In this document: positions 52,855-60,464 of the stretch, piece by piece | Layout of the letters: every line of letters starts with the position of its first letter | Position numbering within the stretch: the first letter of the stretch is position 1 | Assembly (NCBI GenBank): GCA_934748015.1 | Contig: CAKVHF010000001.1 | Location: forward strand, 80,918 to 144,917 | DNA length: 64,000 nt | Source: an uncultured Clostridia bacterium | GTDB lineage: Bacteria; Bacillota; Clostridia; Christensenellales; UBA1242 | Direction of reading: 5' to 3' | Notes under the pieces: model-generated | What the model saw: only the letters and a program-made list of their open reading frames with translations | Database searches by the model: none | Told to the model about the DNA's origin: nothing | Program-made: the position numbers and the translations under genes

Positions 52855-55683
52855 ATGATTACAGCACTTGTTATTGCTTTAGCAACATGTTTGGTAGTTG
52901 GTATATCGATGGGCTTTAATGCCGTCGGTAATATATTTTTTACATGTTTATATGCCATTGCTAGATGGTTTCTAATAGTGATAGATTTTATGCAAAGTTT
53001 AGTGCGAAAACTTTGTGGATTAGATGATAAAAATGGCGATGTCTTGTTTGATACCTTTATACGATCTGAAGAAGTTAAGATTGCTCTGCTTGCAATATTA
53101 GCATTATCTATCATTTTGGTTTTTGGTTTTGCTTTGGTACAAATAATAAGACTACAATACACAACAGAGGGTGGCAAAAATGCTGTAGGTCCTCTGGTTA
53201 AGACTTGTCTAAAGTCAATATTCTTATTCTGTCTTATTCCATTTACTAGTTTCCTTGGAGTATATGTAAGCAATCAATTGCTTAAGGCTGTAGATGCTGC
53301 TACAAGTACTTCTGGTTCAACATCTATTGCTGGTAGGATATTTAAAATTGCTGCGAAAGATGCAAACCCGTATAGATCTGGTGAGGTTGAGTGGGTCTTT
53401 GTGGGCTGGGATCATGTATTTGATGTAATAGTTGCTGATGTGATGCCCGGAGGGGACACTTATGACAGAGATACGGGTATTTATAAGAAAAAGAGTGGTT
53501 ACACTAATGCAGGTGAAAGGAAAATATACATTGAAAATGGACAAATTAGTGGCTCTGATTATGTAGGACTCAGTTCAGTCAGTGCTGAACAATTGGATAA
53601 TATTTTTGCGCAAGGTATGGATAGTGCGACTAAAGTAAAAAAGTCAAATAAAGATAAAGCTGTTACTTTAAAAAATGGCGATCTATTAAATTTTTCAGAT
53701 TTTGATTCAGTATATTTCTTTTACAATATTGGAAAAATCAACTACTTTGTATTATTCCTCTGTGGCTGGTATTTGTTTAAAACATTGATAACAATTCTTT
53801 TTGGCTTAGTAATGAGGATATACAAGGTATCAATATTGTTTATTATATCCCCATATCCGGTTGCCCTCACAGTGTTAGATAATGGATCGGCACTTAACAA
53901 ATGGAAAGGTAAATATTTAGCTGAATTGTTCTCTGCTTATGGGTCCATTGCTGGATTAAATCTTTTCCTTACATTAATCCCAATAATTGATAAAATTAAA
54001 CTATATTACGGAAGTGCATGGTATATTTCATTGTTTAATGATTTTGTCCAAATAATTTTCTTGTTAGTTGGCTGTTTGATGATTAAAGATATCGTTGGCA
54101 TAATATCCGAATTTGTAGGCGGAGGCAATGTCCTAAGCCAAGGTGAAGGTATGCAAAAACAGGTAGGAGATATTGCTAAGAAAGCAGGATCAGCTGCTGT
54201 AGGTGTTGCAATGGGTGGTATTGCACTTGCCAAAGGTGCTGCAGGAACAATAGGTGCTGCTATTAATACTCACAATGCAAATAAAGCTGCCGGTGAAATG
54301 GCTAGTGAACAAGAAAAGATAGATGCAGCAAACAAGGAAGTTGACGATTTAGTAAATAGTGATGAAAATCTTAAAACTTATGAAAGTGATAAATCGGAGT
54401 TAGCTTCTAGCCAAGATCGTCTTGCGTCTTATAACACACAAATTGAAGAAATGAAAAACAAGGCTGGTGGTAAACCACTAAAAGGAAAAGCCAAGAAAAG
54501 ATACAATCAATTGATTGCAGATCGTGATGCAGAGCAGGACAATGTTAACGCTTTACAAAGTAAGATCGAAGGCGTGGAAAAGAGTGATAACTTCAAAAAG
54601 TATCAAGATCTAAAGGCAAAGGCTGCACGTGTGTCTGAGGAAAGCGGAAAAATCATTGAAGAGAAGAAGAAAGCTATCAGCGGTTATACTGATGAAAATG
54701 ATGTATATCATGAAGGTTATCAAGATAAATTCTTTAAACATCAAACTGGAGCATTGCAAGGTAGGCAAATGATGCTTAACATGATAGGCTCTAACAAAAT
54801 TGTTCAAGGAGTTAATAAAGCGACAAATGGATTGCTTACATCAAAAGGAAGAAAGGATCTAACAAAACAAGTATCAGAGATGAGTGATGATGCCGCTGTT
54901 GTTGTAACAGGAAATACTAAAAGAGCGCAAAATGTTGCACTTTCTAAAACATCATCTTTTAAAGGTCATGGTATCCCAAAAGTAAAGGATGGCAAGATTG
55001 TAAGAGATGAGAACGGAAATCCAGTAATGGTTGGTGCTAGTAAAAATATTAGTAGAAATCCGTTTAGATCAGGGGTTGCAGGTCTAACGCAAGGTGGCTT
55101 GTCTTCAAGAGTTGCTAAATTTAGTAATTTTGAAACTATGCAAGAACAAGGGAAACAAGTTGGTGCTGCAATAGATGAAAAATCTTTAAACGATTTGGCT
55201 AACACAATAAAGGATGTATTTACTAATGCACAAAAAGGTACTCTTAGTGATGTGGCTATAGATAACTTGATTGCTAACAAATCTGATTTTGTAGAATCTG
55301 CTGGAGTTTTTGGTGGTGCAGATGCTGAAAAAGCAATGAGTGCAATGATAAATGCATTGGAAAAATCAAAAAATACAACTGATAGTAAGCAAAAAGCAGA
55401 GTTGGTGAATGAAGCAAAGAATAGTGCTCAAAAAGTGAAAGTTGAATCATTTGCTAAGATTGATCAAGATAGTATTAGACAAATGAAAGAAGCTATTAAG
55501 AGTGCTACCTTGCAGAAGTCGGTTGCTAACAAGGATTATGGAGCAGCACTTGACAAGGTTGTATATAAGGCTATGGTTAAGGCTCAAGAACATACTCAAA
55601 ATGTCAAGAACGATCCAAAAACCGAAAACATTATTCCACAATTGTTAAGAGAATTGTTGAATGAAACAAGAAAGAAGAAATAA
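52855..55683 (+). CDS. Polytopic membrane protein (942 aa): 8-9 TM segments plus about 500-aa coiled-coil/low-complexity C-terminal tail. VirB6/TrbL-like topology, unknown function.
   Basis: Four N-terminal TM helices, an approximately 160-aa hydrophilic loop, four or five more TM helices, then a Gly/Ala-rich segment (AAVGVAMGGIALAKGAAGTIGAAI). The tail is Lys/Glu/Ala/Asn-rich with heptad-like stretches. Confidence 0.8.
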   Translation: MITALVIALATCLVVGISMGFNAVGNIFFTCLYAIARWFLIVIDFMQSLVRKLCGLDDKNGDVLFDTFIRSEEVKIALLAILALSIILVFGFALVQIIRLQYTTEGGKNAVGPLVKTCLKSIFLFCLIPFTSFLGVYVSNQLLKAVDAATSTSGSTSIAGRIFKIAAKDANPYRSGEVEWVFVGWDHVFDVIVADVMPGGDTYDRDTGIYKKKSGYTNAGERKIYIENGQISGSDYVGLSSVSAEQLDNIFAQGMDSATKVKKSNKDKAVTLKNGDLLNFSDFDSVYFFYNIGKINYFVLFLCGWYLFKTLITILFGLVMRIYKVSILFIISPYPVALTVLDNGSALNKWKGKYLAELFSAYGSIAGLNLFLTLIPIIDKIKLYYGSAWYISLFNDFVQIIFLLVGCLMIKDIVGIISEFVGGGNVLSQGEGMQKQVGDIAKKAGSAAVGVAMGGIALAKGAAGTIGAAINTHNANKAAGEMASEQEKIDAANKEVDDLVNSDENLKTYESDKSELASSQDRLASYNTQIEEMKNKAGGKPLKGKAKKRYNQLIADRDAEQDNVNALQSKIEGVEKSDNFKKYQDLKAKAARVSEESGKIIEEKKKAISGYTDENDVYHEGYQDKFFKHQTGALQGRQMMLNMIGSNKIVQGVNKATNGLLTSKGRKDLTKQVSEMSDDAAVVVTGNTKRAQNVALSKTSSFKGHGIPKVKDGKIVRDENGNPVMVGASKNISRNPFRSGVAGLTQGGLSSRVAKFSNFETMQEQGKQVGAAIDEKSLNDLANTIKDVFTNAQKGTLSDVAIDNLIANKSDFVESAGVFGGADAEKAMSAMINALEKSKNTTDSKQKAELVNEAKNSAQKVKVESFAKIDQDSIRQMKEAIKSATLQKSVANKDYGAALDKVVYKAMVKAQEHTQNVKNDPKTENIIPQLLRELLNETRKKK

Positions 55684-55859
55684 GTATAAATAATGAAATG
55701 AATCGAAAAGGCAGATGTAGGTAAGAAATTATAAATGTTGTTGTGATTTCGATATTGACATCTGCTTTTCGTTACATGTATAATATAGTTGAAGAAATTG
55801 ATAAATCTTAAACAATTATAGTTATACAATGTACTAGTTTATAACAAGGGGAGTTAGTT

Positions 55860-56792
55860 ATGATAACTACTGTTACAGATAAGATTAGTTTAAGGAAAAT
55901 ACGTTATGATGTTATATCTCACCTAGAGATGTTAGATTTTTTGACTAAAATTAATGATTTTTTGGACAATAAAGACAAGCTTAAAGATAATCAAGCATAT
56001 TGGGTAGAATTGCTTAGAACTGCAAACCTTGATATTTCCGAAAAAGATTTTGACAAAGTATGTGAAATGTTGCAAAAGTATGTTGAAGAGCATAATGATA
56101 TTGACAATATTGAACATCTGCCAATGCTTGATTATGCTAACGAGTACATTGATGTATTGTCTGATGATTTGTCTACAGATGAGGATATTGCAAAAGCCGA
56201 AAATAGACTTAACTCGTTTCTGCTACAGATGAGTGAAATAACTATGCTTCAGAACAAGATGATAGATTCGGCAATTGATACAATGAACATTGATGAAGAA
56301 GGTAACCTTGTAGATGATTTTACAGGTCATATAATCGTAAGTGTATATACTATTAACAAAGATCCAGAACTTGCTAAGATAGAGAGTGTAGAGAAGAAAA
56401 CAACAATGTATATAGCTCGTACGATTGTTAAGAAGCAGAGGGAGTTTGCTAATTCGCTAGACTTTGATGATGATGGTTATTATGTTGCTCCTGATGGGAC
56501 TGAACTATTTAACGATGAGGACAAAGAAACTCTAGAACAAGAGGTAATGGAGTGGAAAGTAAGGCTACTTAACATATCTGATGAAGATATTAAAGAGTAT
56601 TATGGAGAAGAGTCTAAAGACGAAGATGTAGGTAAATCTGATGATATAGAAGATGATGAAATAGCAGAGTTAAATAGTATAGATGATGACGTTTCTCTTG
56701 CAAAAACAGAGATTAATGAAGCATCTAAGGAAAGAGTGGAGAGGTTGCAGAATTCACTAAAAGCATCAGCTAACAAAATAAAGAAATACTAA
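55860..56792 (+). CDS. Highly acidic hypothetical protein (310 aa), no signal peptide
   Basis: GGGGAG RBS 7 nt upstream. Asp/Glu-rich throughout (DEDVGKSDDIEDDEIAELNSIDDD). No recognisable motif. Confidence 0.7.
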   Translation: MITTVTDKISLRKIRYDVISHLEMLDFLTKINDFLDNKDKLKDNQAYWVELLRTANLDISEKDFDKVCEMLQKYVEEHNDIDNIEHLPMLDYANEYIDVLSDDLSTDEDIAKAENRLNSFLLQMSEITMLQNKMIDSAIDTMNIDEEGNLVDDFTGHIIVSVYTINKDPELAKIESVEKKTTMYIARTIVKKQREFANSLDFDDDGYYVAPDGTELFNDEDKETLEQEVMEWKVRLLNISDEDIKEYYGEESKDEDVGKSDDIEDDEIAELNSIDDDVSLAKTEINEASKERVERLQNSLKASANKIKKY

Positions 56793-56806
56793 GGAGGATA
56801 AATGTT

Positions 56807-58246
56807 ATGGCAAAAAGTATAGATCAAATAGCTGCTATGGCTTTAACTAAGATGGGTGGTCTTGGTAAAGTAATGGGCTTGAGAAAAAATATTGATATGG
56901 CACTAGAAATGTATGGGCAATTTCTTGAATTACTAGCTCTAAGAATTAATGAACAAAAGGGCGATTATAAAGATGTTTTAAGAAAAAAGGAAGCCCCTCA
57001 GAAAAAAGCTGAAATTGAAAAGCGAGAAAACAAAGAAGTTCGTAAAAAAGAAGCTGAAACCGATCGAATAATGCGTGAGCATGGCATACACAGATTGCAA
57101 GAAATGCCTCCTAAGCCAAAGTCCAGAGAAGAGCTAGAGAAGTACAAAAACAATGATCGTAAGTACATAGATAAGAGACTGCCTGCTTATGACACTAGTA
57201 GCCCTGTATATCAGGCTAGTCTTGCAAAATGGGAAAAAGACAAGAAAGAATGGGATAAACAGAATGCAGAGTATCAAAAGCAAAAAGCTTTCTATAGTCA
57301 ATTTATAGGCAAGACGCCTGAAGAAATCACTGCAGTTGTGGTTGATGCTATCCAAAAGGACAAGACAAGTAAGATAAACATCAATGTTATGGAAGCAATG
57401 GATAGTATGGCTAAGCATTATACTGCTGGCAAACTAGAGTCTAACAATGCAGGTGGTATGCAGATAGAGAATGGTAACATGATTATTAACAATCTAGTTA
57501 ATGCAATGGTTGATCCTAACTCATCTCTTCCTTACGAGTGTGTGCCTACTAGTCATGTAAAGTTGATATTGGATGCAATGCCTAGAGAGAAAAACGGCAA
57601 AACAATGTTGGGTGATGCCAAAGTTCCACCAAAACAAGATTTGTCACAATGCGGTCTTGATGGACTTATTATGTTTGCAATAGACCAGATATATTCTCAG
57701 ATGCCAGCACAAGACTTGGTCAAGGATGGTGCTCAGCCTAAGCAGTACGATATGGTTAAGCAGATGTTTGAGGCGTATAAGACCAAAGAGGTGTCAATGG
57801 ATGCTGTCGCCAACTCCAAAGATGTATATAGTATTGCAGAAGACGTAATCACTAATGCAAGAAAAGAGCAAGAAAAAGCCAGAAAAGAAAAAGAAGAAGC
57901 AGAAATGATTGCTAGCAAAGAAGAGGCTGAAAGCATGGTTAGATCTGATGAGGAAAACGCTCAGATTGAAACCGATCGTAGACATGCTAAGCAAGCAAAT
58001 TTGAAAGAAGAATTAAGTCAAAAATTTGACAAGGACAGCCTAGAAGCGTATAGAGCGAAAAAGGCAAAAGCAGAAGAGGTAAAAATGCAAGACGCCTTGG
58101 CAAAAGCTGAAAGAGAAAATCTAGGATTGGATGTCAAAGGTGGTGCTAGTCAGCCAACTGCTCCTACAACACCAACTGCTCCAACTACTCGTAATGCACC
58201 TAATGCACCAGAAAGAGAAGACGAAAGTGAAATGGGTCAGGAGTAA
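56807..58246 (+). CDS. Charged hypothetical protein (479 aa), Lys/Glu coiled-coil segments, Pro/Thr/Ala repeat near the C-terminus
   Basis: AAGGAGG RBS. Starts 14 nt after the previous stop, so probably co-transcribed. KKEAPQKKAEIEKRENKEVRKKEAE... C-terminal PTAPTTPTAPTTRNAPNAP. Confidence 0.75.
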   Translation: MAKSIDQIAAMALTKMGGLGKVMGLRKNIDMALEMYGQFLELLALRINEQKGDYKDVLRKKEAPQKKAEIEKRENKEVRKKEAETDRIMREHGIHRLQEMPPKPKSREELEKYKNNDRKYIDKRLPAYDTSSPVYQASLAKWEKDKKEWDKQNAEYQKQKAFYSQFIGKTPEEITAVVVDAIQKDKTSKININVMEAMDSMAKHYTAGKLESNNAGGMQIENGNMIINNLVNAMVDPNSSLPYECVPTSHVKLILDAMPREKNGKTMLGDAKVPPKQDLSQCGLDGLIMFAIDQIYSQMPAQDLVKDGAQPKQYDMVKQMFEAYKTKEVSMDAVANSKDVYSIAEDVITNARKEQEKARKEKEEAEMIASKEEAESMVRSDEENAQIETDRRHAKQANLKEELSQKFDKDSLEAYRAKKAKAEEVKMQDALAKAERENLGLDVKGGASQPTAPTTPTAPTTRNAPNAPEREDESEMGQE

Positions 58247-58276
58247 GCAGAGTAAAATTATTTGAATACAAATAAC

Positions 58277-58306
58277 AAAAAATGCACCTATATGGTGCAT
58301 TTTTCT
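58277..58306 (+). terminator. Rho-independent terminator
   Basis: aaaaaatgcacc / ggtgcatttttc stem with a 5-nt loop and a T-run. Confidence 0.75.
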
Positions 58307-58633
58307 TACTTACAATATATTTACTTGGAGTGATTTGTTTATCGGTGCAATAAGGGATATTTTTTTGCATTATAACTTATTGTGTTTATTTTATGACGAT
58401 TTTTAACAATTATTTAGTTTTAATCAATTTTGATACTGGAAGGTGTGCCTTTTTAACTAAAGTCAATATTAGTGAACCTTTTTGTTTTGCGGAGCAAAAA
58501 TGTGGGTTCATTTTGTTTTTCCAATATTATTTTTCAAAATTTTTTGTAGAATAATGTGTACAAAACAATATAAAGTGTCAAAATAAGTCTTGCAAAATAA
58601 ATATTTATTATTCGGTTATTAAGTGCAAATTGT

Positions 58634-58663
58634 TTGCTACATTTAGGACTTTTTTGTTATAAT
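58634..58663 (+). promoter_or_regulatory. Candidate promoter for plsX-rnc-smc (extended -10)
   Basis: TTGCTA (58634-58639), 18 nt, TATAAT (58658-58663), preceded by TG at 58655-58656. Confidence 0.45.
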
Positions 58664-58768
58664 AGACTAGTGTAAGTATACTTGTGGGATTGTGTAATTT
58701 GTTAATTTTTGTTACATACACAACATAGAGATAATATTTTAGCAAAATTAATAAAAAGTGGAGTAAAA

Positions 58769-59788
58769 ATGATTAAAGTTGTAGTAGATGCTTTTGGTGG
58801 GGACAATGCGCCAGTAGAGGTGATTAAAGGTGTTGCATTGGCATTATCTGAGGACGCTGAGTTAGAGATTGTTTTGGTCGGTGATCAAGATGCCTTGGTG
58901 CCATTGATAGAGGAACATAATATTGATCAGTCCCGAATAGAGATAGTAGATGCCAAGGATGTGATAACCAACGAGGAAGCGCCAACAGTTGCTATCCGAA
59001 CCAAGCCTAATAGCACTATTGTTAAGGGTTTTGAACAGTTACGCACTAGAGACGATGTTGCGGGATTTGTTAGCGCAGGGTCAACCGGAGCGGTGCTTAC
59101 TGGTGCTTTCTTAAAATTGGGTAGAACTTCCGGCGTATCTAGACCAGCGCTTTGTCCAATTTTGCCAACTGTAGATGGTGGGATCGTTGCAATATGTGAT
59201 TGCGGTGCTAATATGGACACCAAGCCTGTCAATTTGGTTCACTTTGCAATTATGGGATCGGCATATCTTAAGAGTGTGTATGGTATCGAGAACCCTAGAG
59301 TTGCACTGCTTAGTGTTGGTGTAGAGGATCACAAAGGTAATGAACTAACCAAAGCAACTTTTACTGAACTAAAGAAACTAGATTGTATTAATTTTGTTGG
59401 CAACATGGAAGCAAGAGATTTGCTTAGTGGTCAATATGACTTGGTTGTATGCGATGGATTTGCTGGCAATGTTTTGCTTAAATCTAGTGAGGGTGCAGTG
59501 CTTGCGCTAATTAAGATGTTGAAAGGCAGAATTAAGGCACACTTCTTTAGCAAACTTGGCGCACTTATGATGAAGAAGTCATTTAGAGAATTGAAGAGTA
59601 TAATGGATTTCAACACCAAGGGTGGATCGGTGCTACTAGGTTGCAAAAAGACGGTTGTAAAGTGCCATGGTGCCAGCAAGGCTGTTAGCATCAAGTGTGG
59701 CATAATGCAAGTAGTGGATGCATACAAGGCTGATGTGTGCGGAATTATAGAGAACTCTGTTAAATCGGTGGAAGTGGAAAGTGAATAG
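58769..59788 (+). CDS. plsX: Phosphate acyltransferase PlsX
   Basis: MIKVVVDAFGGDNAP... N-terminus typical of PlsX. The ATG at 58769 is preceded by the AAGTGGAG RBS, whereas the TTG at 58709 in the ORF track adds 20 non-conserved residues. GSTGAVL motif. Confidence 0.9.
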   Translation: MIKVVVDAFGGDNAPVEVIKGVALALSEDAELEIVLVGDQDALVPLIEEHNIDQSRIEIVDAKDVITNEEAPTVAIRTKPNSTIVKGFEQLRTRDDVAGFVSAGSTGAVLTGAFLKLGRTSGVSRPALCPILPTVDGGIVAICDCGANMDTKPVNLVHFAIMGSAYLKSVYGIENPRVALLSVGVEDHKGNELTKATFTELKKLDCINFVGNMEARDLLSGQYDLVVCDGFAGNVLLKSSEGAVLALIKMLKGRIKAHFFSKLGALMMKKSFRELKSIMDFNTKGGSVLLGCKKTVVKCHGASKAVSIKCGIMQVVDAYKADVCGIIENSVKSVEVESE

Positions 59789-60464
59789 TGTAGATATATC
59801 CAATATTGAAAGTATCGTTGGTTATACATTCAATGACAAAAAATATTTAATAACAGCATTCACTCATTCCTCTTATGCCAATGAGCATGATACGACCGAT
59901 TATGAGAGGTTGGAGTTCTTGGGTGATAGTTTGCTAGAAAGCATAATGTCGATATATCTATATAAGCATTTCGAGACTTATGCCGAAGGCGACTTGAGTA
60001 AAATAAGGGCAAGAGTGGTTAGTGCGCATAGCCTATACAATGTTGTGTCACAACTTAACTTGATCGGCTACATAAGAGTGGGTGGCAGTGTCGATCATAA
60101 GAATATCCCACTTAATATCGTTGCTGATGTTTTTGAGGGCATAGTTGGAGCAATATATGTAGATGGTGGAATAGACAATGCGAAAACTTTTGTAGAGACC
60201 AAACTTATTAAGAGTGAACTTAATATCAACAAAATATTCTACGAGTTAATGGATTACAAAACAACTTTGCAAGAGAGATTGCAAGCAGTGGGCAAACATG
60301 CTGTGTACGAGTCGAATGAGATTAAAGATGGCGCAACAATCAATTTCGAGACTAAAATAATAATAGATGATAAAGTGTGTGCAACACATATTGCACAATC
60401 TAAGAAAGCGGGCGAGCAGGCATGTGCCAAAGCCGTGCTAGAGAACAAAGGAGGGATACAATGA
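59781..60464 (+). CDS. rnc: Ribonuclease III
   Basis: GTG start overlapping the plsX stop by 8 nt. RNase III signature ERLEFLGDSLLE. C-terminal dsRBD (YKTTLQERLQ...). Canonical position before smc. Confidence 0.93.
   Translation: MNSVDISNIESIVGYTFNDKKYLITAFTHSSYANEHDTTDYERLEFLGDSLLESIMSIYLYKHFETYAEGDLSKIRARVVSAHSLYNVVSQLNLIGYIRVGGSVDHKNIPLNIVADVFEGIVGAIYVDGGIDNAKTFVETKLIKSELNINKIFYELMDYKTTLQERLQAVGKHAVYESNEIKDGATINFETKIIIDDKVCATHIAQSKKAGEQACAKAVLENKGGIQ

Noticed and set aside
17230-58246. Horizontally acquired genomic island, prophage or ICE.
   Set aside because: No integrase, transposase, recombinase, relaxase, tRNA attachment site or flanking direct repeats were seen. Base composition and codon style look the same as in the flanking core genes. 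The VirB6-like protein alone is insufficient.
58709-58768. The TTG start at 58709 for plsX (ORF track) and the ATG at 14252 for the kinase-like ORF.
   Set aside because: Downstream ATGs (58769, 14267) have proper RBS spacing. For plsX, that start also gives the conserved MIKVVVDAFGGD N-terminus.
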